38,833 bases of DNA from contig DATKCP010000160.1 in NCBI GenBank assembly GCA_035513115.1, positions 1 to 38,833 on the forward strand, written 5' to 3'. The position numbers and the translations under genes were made by a program. This document shows positions 1 to 9,017 of this stretch, piece after piece (position 1 is the stretch's first letter; every line of letters starts with the position of its first letter). The stretch comes from Candidatus Limnocylindria bacterium (GTDB lineage: Bacteria; Chloroflexota; Limnocylindria; P2-11E). A model generated the notes under the pieces. That model worked only from the letters and a program-made list of their open reading frames with translations. It made no database searches and was not told the DNA's origin.

Positions 1-2
1 GC

Positions 3-401
3 TCAGCCTTTCGCGACCAGCACTCCGACCATGCCGTATGCCTCGTGCGCCGGGAAGTGGCAGATGAAGACGTACGTGCCGGGCGCGAATGTCAGCGTCG
101 TCGTTCGCGTCGCCATCGGCGGGAGCGACACCTCGTCGGGACGGTCACCGTGAGCGGGCTCGGTCCCGGTGCGATGGCGGTCGTGGAACGCCGCATCGCC
201 GATGAGCCACTCGTGCTCGATAGGGTCGTCGTTCACGATCGTGAAGGTGATCGGCACATTCGCGGGGACCTCGATGCGGTCCGGTCCGAAGTGCGAGTAA
301 TGGAGCCGGATCCCGATCTCGGTCGGCAGTGTCGCGGCCTGCGCCGGGGCGCAAGCGCTCGCCGCGAGTGCGGCGAGCGCGAGCGCCGCGAGATGACGCA
401 T
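3..401 (-). CDS. Secreted cupredoxin (type-1 blue copper protein, plastocyanin/azurin-like)
   Basis: 132-aa ORF with an N-terminal signal peptide (LAALALAALAASACAPAQA). Copper-ligand pattern His (IEHEW) plus C-x4-H-x4-M (ICHFPAHEAYGM). The start overlaps the upstream stop (TAATG at 399-403). Confidence 0.8.
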   Translation of the reverse strand: MRHLAALALAALAASACAPAQAATLPTEIGIRLHYSHFGPDRIEVPANVPITFTIVNDDPIEHEWLIGDAAFHDRHRTGTEPAHGDRPDEVSLPPMATRTTTLTFAPGTYVFICHFPAHEAYGMVGVLVAKG

Positions 402-1435
402 TACCGGGCGGTCCGGGGTGCGACGCGGGCGATGAGGAGCAGCGCGCCGAGGCCGGCGATCGCGATTCCCGCGAGCACCAGCGGTTCACTCGACTCTGAT
501 GCGGGAACGTTGTTGGTCGCGGGAGCCTCGAGCCCCGCGGCAACGCGCGAGGGTACCGTGCCGTTCGCGCTGACCGCGAGGTCGTACGTCAGCTGGCTGG
601 CCTTGGCGTCGATGCTGATCTTGGTCAGCCAGGCCATCTCGGGGACCCAGTCCATGCCCTTGTCGGAGCGCAGGTCGTCGAGCAGTGAGGCCGACGCCGT
701 GGCGCTGTGGTCGAGTTTCATGCCGTTCGCGAACGGCGCGGGGAGGAGCGCCGGCTTACGGTCGGTGAGCAGGTACACGTCGGCCTCGATGCGGTCGTCG
801 GCGGCCTTGCCGGTGCCGAGGATCCGCAGCGGGACCCAGGGGTTGTCCGTCGGAATGGTGATGTGGACCGGCGTGCCGTCGCCGATCTCCTGCCCCCTCG
901 CCTTCGCCGCGTCCGCGTCGAAGATCGCCGCCATGAAGATCGGGCTGCGCGCCGCGTAGAAGTCGAGGACTTCCGGCGCGTCCGGCGGGAGACGGAAGCC
1001 GTGCTCGGTGGCCCAGCGGCCCACGGCCTCGCCGCCACCTCTCAGTACGGTGATGTCGAGCGCGTCGATCTTCACCTGAAGGAGGACCTCGGCGTCCTCA
1101 CGCGCGCCGGCCGACAACGCGACCGGGAACGAGCCCCGCTTCGCAAAGACCTCGGTCTCGCGGATCAGGCGCTGGAGCGTCCAGTCGCCGCCCTTCTCGA
1201 CCGAGGTGGGGACACCCGGCAGAGGAACGAGCGAGCCGAACTGGCCGCTGCCGCCCTGGAACTTGAACGAGGTGATGTAGTGCTCGATGCCGTCGTGATA
1301 GCCCGCGAAGGTCGTCGTGCGAAGCAGGTTGACCGCCCCGTTGGGGCCGATCAGGCCCGCGCAGGCCGCGGCCGGCTGCGTGCCGACGGCCAGAGCGGCG
1401 ACGATCGCGGCCGCGCCGGCCATGAACCGTCTCAT
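401..1435 (-). CDS. Secreted protein with a C-terminal membrane anchor, unknown function (tentatively DUF2330-like)
   Basis: 344-aa ORF with a signal peptide (AAIVAALAVGTQPAAACAG) and a C-terminal hydrophobic helix followed by basic residues (LVLAGIAIAGLGALLLIARVAPRTAR). AAGGAGG Shine-Dalgarno upstream of the ATG at 1435. The family assignment is from memory only. Confidence 0.65.
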   Translation of the reverse strand: MRRFMAGAAAIVAALAVGTQPAAACAGLIGPNGAVNLLRTTTFAGYHDGIEHYITSFKFQGGSGQFGSLVPLPGVPTSVEKGGDWTLQRLIRETEVFAKRGSFPVALSAGAREDAEVLLQVKIDALDITVLRGGGEAVGRWATEHGFRLPPDAPEVLDFYAARSPIFMAAIFDADAAKARGQEIGDGTPVHITIPTDNPWVPLRILGTGKAADDRIEADVYLLTDRKPALLPAPFANGMKLDHSATASASLLDDLRSDKGMDWVPEMAWLTKISIDAKASQLTYDLAVSANGTVPSRVAAGLEAPATNNVPASESSEPLVLAGIAIAGLGALLLIARVAPRTAR

Positions 1436-1532
1436 ACCGTGGTCCTCCTTCCCGGCCTGGGCCGGATAGGGGTACGACGGCGCCGCCGCCGGAAGGTTCC
1501 GGCGCCAGCTCCGGGGCGGGGCAGCCGCGCCG

Positions 1533-2039
1533 TCAGCTCAGGCGCGCCATGACCATCGCGAGGATGATGAGCACGCCGACGGCGACCTGGACGCGGCCCA
1601 CCGTACGGATCCGCGACAGGAGCGATCCCGCTTCCGCGGCGGCGCCGGCGTCGCCCGCCGCGGCCTTGGGTCCGAGCGCGAGCATGCGCCGCGTCCAGGG
1701 GACGACGGTGACGCGTATCAGCACGTACAGCCCGATCGCGAGGAGCGACCCAAGGAGGATGACCGCCGCCCAGCGCGAGCCGAATGGCTCCTCGAGCTGC
1801 TGGGCCCGACCGGACGCGAACAGGTTGAGGAAGCCGGTGGCGATAGTGAGCTCCGCCACGCGCAGGATGTAGAAGACCTGACGCGGCGCCAGCTGCGCCA
1901 TGACCGGCCCTCGCGCCGCCGGCGGCGCGGCGAGGACGGCCGGAAGCTGCACCAACAGCGTGTAGAAGCCGCCGCCGATCCAGAGGATGGCCGCCAAAAC
2001 ATGGAGGAACTGGGTCGTCAGTCGGAAGAGATCGTCCAT
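1533..2039 (-). CDS. Integral membrane protein, CopD/DUF4149-like
   Basis: Only the last 168 codons of the 582-aa track ORF 1533..3281 look real. It starts MDDLFRLTTQFLHVLAAILWIGGGFY and has about 4 hydrophobic helices. The rest of that ORF is antisense to dnaJ. ATG at 2039..2037. Confidence 0.6.
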   Translation of the reverse strand: MDDLFRLTTQFLHVLAAILWIGGGFYTLLVQLPAVLAAPPAARGPVMAQLAPRQVFYILRVAELTIATGFLNLFASGRAQQLEEPFGSRWAAVILLGSLLAIGLYVLIRVTVVPWTRRMLALGPKAAAGDAGAAAEAGSLLSRIRTVGRVQVAVGVLIILAMVMARLS

Positions 2040-2057
2040 GAGCCGGGATAATGACAG

Positions 2058-3164
2058 GTGATGCCCACGAAGACCGACTACTACGAGCTTCTCGGCGTGC
2101 CGCGCAACGCGACGGCGGATCAGATCCGGAGCGCCTACCGGAGGCTCGCGCGGCAGCACCACCCGGACGTCAGCGACGCTTCCGACGGGGCGGAGCGCTT
2201 CAAGCAGATCACCGAGGCGTACGAGGTGCTCTCCGACGCCGAGCGGCGGCAGCGCTACGACATGTTCGGGAACGGCCAGGGCCTCGGCGACTTCGGCATC
2301 GGCGATCTCTTCGAGACCTTCTTCGGCAGCGAGTTCCGGCGGCGCGAGCCGCGCGGACCGATGCGCGGCGCCGACCTTCGGATGGAGATCGAGATCGAGC
2401 TCATCGACGCGGTGAAGGGCGGCGCGCGCACGATCCGAGTGCCGCGGCTCGAGACCTGCGAGGGCTGCGAGGGGAGCGGCGCCGAGCCCGGCTCGAAGAT
2501 CTCCACCTGCGGCACCTGCAACGGCCGCGGCGAGGTGCGGCAGGTGCAGCAATCCGTGTTCGGCCGCTTCGTCAACGTGTCGACCTGCCCGCGCTGCGGC
2601 GGCTCGGGCAAGACCGTCGACGCTCTGTGTACGCGCTGCCGCGGCGAGGGCCGCGAGCGTAGCGACCACGAGCTTCCGCTCGACATCCCCGCCGGCATCG
2701 ACGACGGGCAACAGCTGCGCGTCGCGGGCGAAGGCGAGGCCGGCCTCCGCGGCGGTCCGTCCGGCGACCTCTACGTGCTCATCCGGCTGCGCGACCACGG
2801 CTTCTTCCGCCGCGAGGGCGACGACCTCGTGCACGTGCTGCGGGTCTCGCCGGCGCAGGCCGCGCTCGGCGCCGACCTCGAAGTGCCCACGATCGAGGGC
2901 GCCGCCGCCGCGGTGAAGGTGCCGAGCGGCGCGCAGCACGGTCAGATGGTCCGGCTCCGCGGGAAGGGCGTACCGCATCTTGGCTCGTCCGGCCGCGGCG
3001 ATCAGCTCGTGTATCTCGACGTCGCGATCCCACGCACGCTCACGAAGGAGCAGAAAGCGCTCTACCGGCAGCTGCACGATATCGAGGGTGCGCCCGAGCA
3101 GCGCGACGAGGGCGACGCGCGGGGCGTCTTCGATCGCATCAAGGACGCCATCGGCGGCGAATGA
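2058..3164 (+). CDS. dnaJ: Molecular chaperone DnaJ
   Basis: J domain (DYYELLGV...HHPDV), a short G/F region, four CxxCxGxG zinc-finger repeats and a C-terminal substrate-binding domain. Start is GTG 2058 or ATG 2061. Confidence 0.95.
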   Translation: MMPTKTDYYELLGVPRNATADQIRSAYRRLARQHHPDVSDASDGAERFKQITEAYEVLSDAERRQRYDMFGNGQGLGDFGIGDLFETFFGSEFRRREPRGPMRGADLRMEIEIELIDAVKGGARTIRVPRLETCEGCEGSGAEPGSKISTCGTCNGRGEVRQVQQSVFGRFVNVSTCPRCGGSGKTVDALCTRCRGEGRERSDHELPLDIPAGIDDGQQLRVAGEGEAGLRGGPSGDLYVLIRLRDHGFFRREGDDLVHVLRVSPAQAALGADLEVPTIEGAAAAVKVPSGAQHGQMVRLRGKGVPHLGSSGRGDQLVYLDVAIPRTLTKEQKALYRQLHDIEGAPEQRDEGDARGVFDRIKDAIGGE

Positions 3165-4036
3165 CGCCGCCGCCCACTCGCTGGCTCGAGATCGCCGTCC
3201 CCGCGCAGGCGGAAGCCGTCGAAGCGGTGAGCGAGATCCTCTCGCGCGTGGGGTACAACGGCATCGCCGTCGAGGTCCCACTGGAACGTGGACGCGGGGC
3301 CGACCACACCGTGAAGGCGTACGTCTTCGACGACGCCGACGCCTTCGCCAAGGTCTCGGACGTGCGCGACGCGCTGGGGCATCTTCAAGCGTTCGGACTC
3401 GGGCCGATCGGCGAGCTCGTCGCGCGACGCGTGGAAGACCAGGACTGGCTGGAGAGCTGGAAGGCCGAGTTCGTGCCCCTCCGGATCGGGACCTTCGTGG
3501 TGCGACCGACCTGGTCCGAAGCCGTCGCCGGTGACGCGATCGAGCTCGTGCTCGATCCGGGCATGGCCTTCGGCACGGGTCTGCATCCGACCACGCAGCA
3601 GTGCCTCGAGGCTCTCTCGACGCTGCCGCTGGAGGGGAAGAGCGCTCTCGATGTCGGGACCGGCTCCGGCATCCTCGCGATCGCCGCCGCGAAACGCGGC
3701 GCCTCGCCCGTCGTCGCTGTCGATACGGATCGGATCGCCGTCGATGCGGCGCGTGAGAACGCGGTGCACAACGGCGTCGCGATCCCGGTGGGCGAGGGCA
3801 GCGCTGCGGATGTGCCGGGTCGCTTCGACGTGGTCATCGCGAACATCGTCTCGCCGGTGCTGCAGCGGATCGCGCCGCATCTCGCGGCGCGGCTCTCCGG
3901 TGGTGGCACGCTCCTGGCCGCGGGGATCAGCGCGCCCGCGGAGGCCGCGACCCGCGAGGCGTTCGCGCAGGTGCGCCTGGAGGTCGTCGATCGCACCGAG
4001 CGCGATGACTGGGTGGCGCTGGCCCTGCGCCGCTGA
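3161..4036 (+). CDS. prmA: Ribosomal protein L11 methyltransferase
   Basis: 291 aa with the PrmA architecture and the SAM motif LDVGTGSGILAIAAAK. Conserved dnaJ-prmA-rsmE order. ATGA overlap with the dnaJ stop. Confidence 0.9.
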   Translation: MTPPPTRWLEIAVPAQAEAVEAVSEILSRVGYNGIAVEVPLERGRGADHTVKAYVFDDADAFAKVSDVRDALGHLQAFGLGPIGELVARRVEDQDWLESWKAEFVPLRIGTFVVRPTWSEAVAGDAIELVLDPGMAFGTGLHPTTQQCLEALSTLPLEGKSALDVGTGSGILAIAAAKRGASPVVAVDTDRIAVDAARENAVHNGVAIPVGEGSAADVPGRFDVVIANIVSPVLQRIAPHLAARLSGGGTLLAAGISAPAEAATREAFAQVRLEVVDRTERDDWVALALRR

Positions 4037-4746
4037 TGCATCGGTTCTTCGTCGCCCCCCAGACCCTGCGCTCGGATCGCGTGACGCTCACGGGATCGCA
4101 GGCCCGTCAGATCGCCACCGTGCTGCGCCTGCGCGCGGGAGACGCGATCGTCCTCGTGGCCGAGGGCGCCGAAGCGGTCGTCACGCTCGAGGCCGTGCGG
4201 GCGACGTCGGTCACCGCCGTCGTCAGCGAGCGCGGCTTCAACGCGGCCGAACCGACGGTCGCGCTGACGCTGGCGCTGCCCGTCCTGCGTGGCGACCGCG
4301 ACGAGGAAGTCATCGAGGCCGTCACGCAGCTCGGTGCGTCGCGGATCGTCCCGTTCACCAGCGCCCGCTCCGTGGTCCGGAGCCTGGGCGAGGCCAAGCG
4401 CGCGCGCTGGGAGCGCATCGCGCGCGAGGCGGCGGAGACCGCGCGGCGCGGTCGGGTGCCGTCGATCGAGCCGGCGCGCTCGTGGGCGGAGCTGTTCGCC
4501 GTCTTGCCGTCGCCGGTCTTCGTCGCGTGGGAGGGCGAGCGGCGCGCGCAGCTACGCGACGCGCTGCCTCGGAGCGCGCCCGTGCTGTCTTTGGTGATCG
4601 GACCCGAGGGCGGGATCTCCGACGACGAGATCGCGCTGGCGCGCGAGCGCGCGGCGGTCACCGTTTCGCTCGGAGCCCGGAACCTTCGTAGTGAGACCGC
4701 GGCTATCGCGGCGGTCGCGCTGGTGATGGATCGCCTGCGGAGCTAA
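4036..4746 (+). CDS. rsmE: 16S rRNA (uracil1498-N3)-methyltransferase RsmE
   Basis: 236 aa with the typical N-terminus MHRFFV and C-terminal SPOUT motifs (VIGPEGG, LGARNLRSETAAIAA). TGATG junction with prmA. Confidence 0.9.
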   Translation: MHRFFVAPQTLRSDRVTLTGSQARQIATVLRLRAGDAIVLVAEGAEAVVTLEAVRATSVTAVVSERGFNAAEPTVALTLALPVLRGDRDEEVIEAVTQLGASRIVPFTSARSVVRSLGEAKRARWERIAREAAETARRGRVPSIEPARSWAELFAVLPSPVFVAWEGERRAQLRDALPRSAPVLSLVIGPEGGISDDEIALARERAAVTVSLGARNLRSETAAIAAVALVMDRLRS

Positions 4747-4915
4747 GCCGCGCGGCCGCCACCCCCGTCGCCGCCGTCATCGCTGTCGTGCGGCGCCGTC
4801 ACAGCGAGCCACGTGATCATCGTCGCGTCTGACGCTGTTCGCGTCGACGGATGAGCGCTCTCGGGACCGCGCCACTCAGCCTCGCCGCGTCGCGTGCCAA
4901 GGCGCGGGAAATGAA

Positions 4916-5086
4916 CTAGGCCGCCCAACTGTCCACCTCGTTCCACTTGCGCTGCTTGCGCGGCAGACCACGCAGCTCGCCCCTGCGCCTGGCGTATCCG
5001 CGCCACGCCGCGTAAAAGCCGAAGCAACCGCCCGAGAGGAACGCCGCCAGCGACACCAGCGGGTAGTAACCATCGATCGGCGGCAT
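4916..5086 (-). CDS. Small (56 aa) single-pass membrane protein, hypothetical
   Basis: Hand-translated ORF below the track length cut-off: MPPIDGYYPLVSLAAFLSGGCFGFYAAWRGYARRRGELRGLPRKQRKWNEVDSWAA. Third-position GC is high in this frame. It has one hydrophobic helix followed by a basic tail, and lies 56 nt downstream of plsY on the same strand. Confidence 0.35.
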   Translation of the reverse strand: MPPIDGYYPLVSLAAFLSGGCFGFYAAWRGYARRRGELRGLPRKQRKWNEVDSWAA

Positions 5087-5142
5087 ACCTCGCGGCAGAG
5101 CACACCGGATGCCGCGCGGTCGCTGCCGAGCGCCCCTTCACG

Positions 5143-5805
5143 CTAGATCGCCACGATGCCCCGCTCCTGGAGCTCGCTCCGGTCGTATATCGCTCGGTTG
5201 GCGAGCACCCGCGCGAGCGGGGCGCCGGTGGCGAGATCGTGCCGCAGCCCAGCCGTCAGCCGCCGCACGAGGATCAGCCCCAGCACGACGAGGCCGGCGA
5301 TGACCGTCGGCGTCGCCCCCTCCTGCTCCCAGATGACCGCCGGAAAGATCGCGAAGGAGAGGAGGCTCGCGAGAGGGAGCAACCGATTCGGCCGTGGACG
5401 GATCCACCGGACGGCGAGCAGGCCGACGTAGAGCGGCACTCCCATGATGAGCGCGGCGATCGGATCCGCCGCGAGCGCGAAGCCCCAGCCCGTCGCGTTC
5501 GCGCGCCCGCCGTCGAACTGATGGAACACCGGCCACATCTGTCCGACGAGCGCCGCGATGCCGCACGCGAGCTGCGTCTCGAGAGGCAGATCGAGCGAGC
5601 GCGCCACGACCACCGCGAGGAAGCCCTTCGCCCCGTCGAGCGTCCCGCCGGCGATGCCCTGGGCGAGGCCGATGCTCTTCGCGAGATTGCCGCCGCCGAG
5701 CTTGCGCTCGCCGACCGCCCGCAGATCGACGCCGTAGGCGCGCGCGATCCAGTAGGGGAACGAGATCGAGCACAAGAGGTAGGTCACGATCACGGCGGCC
5801 GCCAT
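5143..5805 (-). CDS. plsY: Glycerol-3-phosphate acyltransferase PlsY
   Basis: PlsY-like multi-TM protein (GGGNLAKSIG, WPVFHQFDGGRANATGWG). Start moved to the internal ATG at 5805 (MAAAVIVTYLL) because the upstream 24 codons are Arg/Pro-rich and unlike PlsY. Confidence 0.85.
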   Translation of the reverse strand: MAAAVIVTYLLCSISFPYWIARAYGVDLRAVGERKLGGGNLAKSIGLAQGIAGGTLDGAKGFLAVVVARSLDLPLETQLACGIAALVGQMWPVFHQFDGGRANATGWGFALAADPIAALIMGVPLYVGLLAVRWIRPRPNRLLPLASLLSFAIFPAVIWEQEGATPTVIAGLVVLGLILVRRLTAGLRHDLATGAPLARVLANRAIYDRSELQERGIVAI

Positions 5806-5828
5806 CACGCCGGTATTCTCTTGGTTGC

Positions 5829-6164
5829 GTGGAGGACTGCCTGTTCTGTCGCATCGTGGCGGGGAAGCTGCCCGCAACGGTCGTCTACGAGGACGACGAC
5901 GTCGTCGCGATCAAAGACGTCTTCCCGCGCGCGCCCTTCCACGTCCTGGTCGTTCCGCGCACGCACGTCGCGATGCTCTCGGACCTCGACGACGAGCCGC
6001 TTGGGGGGCGGCTGCTCCAGGCGGTCCGGCGCGTCGCGCGTGGGGGCGGCGTCGGCGACAGCTTCCGGCTGGTGGTGAACAACGGCGACCAGGCCGGCCA
6101 GAGCGTGTGGCATCTTCACCTCCACGTGCTCGGTGGCCGGGAGTTCTCCTGGCCTCCAGGCTGA
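5829..6164 (+). CDS. HIT-family (histidine triad) nucleotide hydrolase
   Basis: 111 aa with the N-terminal CLFCRI motif and the histidine triad HLHLHVLGG. GTG start. Confidence 0.9.
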   Translation: MEDCLFCRIVAGKLPATVVYEDDDVVAIKDVFPRAPFHVLVVPRTHVAMLSDLDDEPLGGRLLQAVRRVARGGGVGDSFRLVVNNGDQAGQSVWHLHLHVLGGREFSWPPG

Positions 6165-6278
6165 ACCGGCAACAAAAGCGCGTATCTTTACCGCCCCGTC
6201 CCGGCCTCGCGGCGGGTATCATCACGCCTGTCGGCCTCCTCGGGGGGCCGTCGTTCTGTCTCTGACAGCCAGTCTCAT

Positions 6279-6476
6279 ATGACCGAAGGGCGGGTGATCC
6301 AAGGACCGTTGTCTGAAGTGATCGTCGGTGATGGCGAGTCATTCGAGGCCGCCCTTCGCCGTTTCAACAAGAAGATCCAGCAGGCCGGGATCCTCGCGGA
6401 AGCCCGCCGTCGCGAGTTCTACGAGCGCCCCGCCGCACGTCGCAAGCGCAAGGAAGCAAAGCGGCGCAAGCGCTAG
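6279..6476 (+). CDS. rpsU: 30S ribosomal protein S21
   Basis: The C-terminal 55 aa match S21 ([46 protein letters not shown]). The true start may be the in-frame TTG at 6309 or GTG at 6318, downstream of AAGGA at 6301-6305. Confidence 0.85.
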   Translation: MTEGRVIQGPLSEVIVGDGESFEAALRRFNKKIQQAGILAEARRREFYERPAARRKRKEAKRRKR

Positions 6477-6504
6477 TTCGGAGAGCCCCGCCGTCGCATC
6501 CCCT

Positions 6505-7038
6505 ATGAAGCAGAGGCTCGAGAGCGATCTTCGGGCCGCCATGAAGTCGGGCGACACGTCGCGCCGTGACACCCTGCGCTTCCTGTTGGCCGCGATCCAG
6601 CGCGAGGGGGTCGACCGCCTCCAGGCGACGATCGAGCGTCTCAGCGCCGAAGGCAAGGACGAGACGGCGCGACAAGCGCATGTCGCCGAGCACCGCCCAT
6701 CGGACCTCGACGATGTCGCGGTCCTGGAGGTCCTTCAAAGGCAGGCGAAGATGCGCCGTGACTCGATCGAGGCATTCAAGAAAGGCGAGCGGCCCGAGCT
6801 CGCCGCCAAGGAAGAACAGGAACTCGCGCTGATCCAGGGCTATCTACCCGCGCCGATGTCCGACTCCGACCTGCGCGCGATCCTCGAACGCGTCGTCGCC
6901 GAGGCGGGCGCGGCCGGTCCGCGGGATATGGGAAAGGTCATGCCCAGGGCGCTGGCCGAGACGAAGGACCGCGCCGACGGCAAGAAGGTCGCCGGCCTCG
7001 TCGCCGCGATGCTCAAGGAGAAGGCGGCGCCCTCTTGA
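6505..7038 (+). CDS. GatB/YqeY domain-containing protein
   Basis: Starts MKQRLESDLRAAMKSGD and ends GKVMPRALAETKDRADGKKVAGLVAAMLKE, typical of YqeY. Conserved rpsU-yqeY linkage. The 5' part of track ORF 6328..7038 overlaps rpsU out of frame and was discarded. Confidence 0.85.
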   Translation: MKQRLESDLRAAMKSGDTSRRDTLRFLLAAIQREGVDRLQATIERLSAEGKDETARQAHVAEHRPSDLDDVAVLEVLQRQAKMRRDSIEAFKKGERPELAAKEEQELALIQGYLPAPMSDSDLRAILERVVAEAGAAGPRDMGKVMPRALAETKDRADGKKVAGLVAAMLKEKAAPS

Positions 7039-9017
7039 GCGCGTCGGCGCAGATCACCATCCTCATCCCCGATCCCGAGGAGATGATGTTCGTCACCGGG
7101 AACAACGACACGAACATCGATCGCATCGAGCGCGAGTTCTCGGTGAAGATCGTCTCGCGGGGCGCGGAGCTGCGCATCACCGGTGACCCGGCGAACGTCG
7201 CGCGCGTTGGCGAGCTCGTCGGCGCCATGCGCACGCTCTCCGACCGCGACGACAACCTGCGCAAACCCGCGCTGGAGCGGTTGATCGACGAGGCCAAGGA
7301 AGCACCTGTTGGCGCGCCGGAGCAGCTGCGCGAAGTCGTCGCGACGACCGTCCGCGGAAAGCGCATCACACCGCAGTCCGCGAATCAGCGACGCTACGTC
7401 GACGCGATCCGGACTCACGACCTGGTCTTCGCCACCGGGCCGGCCGGTACGGGTAAGTCCTACCTGGCGGTCGCGCTGGGTGTCGCCGCGCTACGCGATC
7501 GCAAGGCCGCGCGCCTCATCCTCACCCGGCCCGCGGTCGAGGCGGGGGAGCGGCTCGGATTCCTGCCGGGCGACCTCACCGAGAAGATCGATCCATATCT
7601 CCGTCCGCTGTACGACGCGCTGTACGAGCTCATGCCCCCCGAACGCTTCACCCGCGCGATGGAGCGCGGAGAGATCGAGGTCGCGCCGCTGGCGTTCATG
7701 CGTGGCCGCGCACAGCCGGTCTTCAGCAGGGTACTGACACCGACCGGCTTCACGGCCATCGGCGCGCTCTCGGTCGGAGACCTCGTTGTCGGCTCCGACG
7801 GACGGCCAACGGCGGTGCTCGGGATCTATCCGCAGGGCCGCAGGCCGGTGTATCGCGTGCGGACGCAGGACGGCGCATCGACGCTCGCCTGCGGCGAGCA
7901 CCTATGGGCAGTGGCCACTGCGAGCGATCGGCGTCGCGGCAAGCCTCCGCGGATCCTGCGGACGCGTGACCTGGTGGGACGGCCCCGTTCGGCGCATCAG
8001 CACCGATACGAGCTGCCGCTCCTGTCGCGGCCAGTCGAGTTCGAGCGCCTCCACACCATTCCCATGGACCCGTACGCCCTCGGTCTGCTCCTCGGCGACG
8101 GATACGTCACCGCGTCTACGACCCCGACGTTCACGACGGCGGACGGGGAGCTCGTTCCCGCGCCGGGGTCGCGCCTGCCGGGCACCGCGATCGTTCGCAA
8201 GAGGGCGCTCGATCACGTCTTGCGACGAAAAGGCGGTGGCCGAGGCGGGCGATCGGCGGACAAGTTCGTCCCGACGGAGTACCTGTACAACACTCCCGAC
8301 GTAAGGCTCGCGGTGATGCAGGGCTTGCTGGATGCCGACGGCGGACCGGTCACACAGGAAGCCCGAACGTGCCGGATCCAATACACGACCACATCTCCCC
8401 GTCTGCGCGAGGGCATGGTCTTCCTCGTTCGATCCTTTGGTGGAGTTGCGTACTGGCGGAAGCGCCGCGCCGAAGGACGCAAGCCCGGTCGGGCGCGCGG
8501 TCGCGATGTCCACAACCGCTCCGACGAGTACGTCGTCGAGATTCGTTTGCCAGCCGGTGTCGCGCCGTTCAGGCTCGCGCGTAAGCTCGATCTGTACGAC
8601 GCGCACGGGGGCGGCCGCCCGATGCGGTTCATCGACAGTGTTGAGAAAGCCGGCGAGCACGAGACCGTCTGCATCAAGGTCGCTGCCGCCGACTCCCTAT
8701 ACATCACCGATGACTTCATGGTCACGCACAACACGCTGAACGAGGCGTTCATCATCCTCGACGAGGCCCAGAACGCCACACCCGCGCAGATGAAGATGTT
8801 CCTCACACGTCTCGGCTACGGCTCGCAGGCCGTGGTGAACGGCGACATCACGCAGGTCGACCTCGAGAAGGACCAGCGCTCGGGCCTGGTGGTCGCGCGC
8901 GAGATCCTGCGGGGGGTCGAGGGGATCGCGTTCGTCGATTTCGACGAGCGGGACGTCGTCCGCCACGAGCTCGTTGCCCGGATAGTCCGGGCGTACGATC
9001 GGCACGAGAAGAAGTGA
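7035..9017 (+). CDS. phoH: PhoH-like ATPase precursor, interrupted by an intein (exteins 225 + 94 aa)
   Basis: Walker A is GPAGTGKS. The conserved PhoH block FMRGR|[14 protein letters not shown] is split by 341 extra residues. Removing them gives a 319-aa protein of normal PhoH length. TTGA overlap with the upstream stop. Confidence 0.9.
   Translation: MSASAQITILIPDPEEMMFVTGNNDTNIDRIEREFSVKIVSRGAELRITGDPANVARVGELVGAMRTLSDRDDNLRKPALERLIDEAKEAPVGAPEQLREVVATTVRGKRITPQSANQRRYVDAIRTHDLVFATGPAGTGKSYLAVALGVAALRDRKAARLILTRPAVEAGERLGFLPGDLTEKIDPYLRPLYDALYELMPPERFTRAMERGEIEVAPLAFMRGRAQPVFSRVLTPTGFTAIGALSVGDLVVGSDGRPTAVLGIYPQGRRPVYRVRTQDGASTLACGEHLWAVATASDRRRGKPPRILRTRDLVGRPRSAHQHRYELPLLSRPVEFERLHTIPMDPYALGLLLGDGYVTASTTPTFTTADGELVPAPGSRLPGTAIVRKRALDHVLRRKGGGRGGRSADKFVPTEYLYNTPDVRLAVMQGLLDADGGPVTQEARTCRIQYTTTSPRLREGMVFLVRSFGGVAYWRKRRAEGRKPGRARGRDVHNRSDEYVVEIRLPAGVAPFRLARKLDLYDAHGGGRPMRFIDSVEKAGEHETVCIKVAAADSLYITDDFMVTHNTLNEAFIILDEAQNATPAQMKMFLTRLGYGSQAVVNGDITQVDLEKDQRSGLVVAREILRGVEGIAFVDFDERDVVRHELVARIVRAYDRHEKK
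7710..8732 (+). mobile_element. Intein (341 aa) with a LAGLIDADG homing endonuclease domain and class 3 signature
   Basis: In-frame insertion that begins [13 protein letters not shown] (Ala1) and ends DDFMVTHN, followed by Thr at +1. Block B is [12 protein letters not shown] (His B:10, Trp B:12). Block F is ETVCIKV (Cys at the position usually Asp, F:4). Block G has Thr at G:5. The two LAGLIDADG motifs are [11 protein letters not shown] and [12 protein letters not shown]. Confidence 0.85.

Noticed and set aside
1533-3281. 582-aa ORF on the minus strand spanning the dnaJ locus
   Set aside because: Residues upstream of MDDLFRL are Arg/Ala/Gly-rich low-complexity sequence antisense to the clearly real dnaJ. 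Only the last 168 codons (1533..2039) look like a membrane protein.
4743-5141. 132-aa minus-strand ORF filling the rsmE-plsY gap
   Set aside because: It has an Arg/Ala/Gly-rich composition and no RBS. A different frame gives a more protein-like 56-aa membrane ORF, reported with low confidence.
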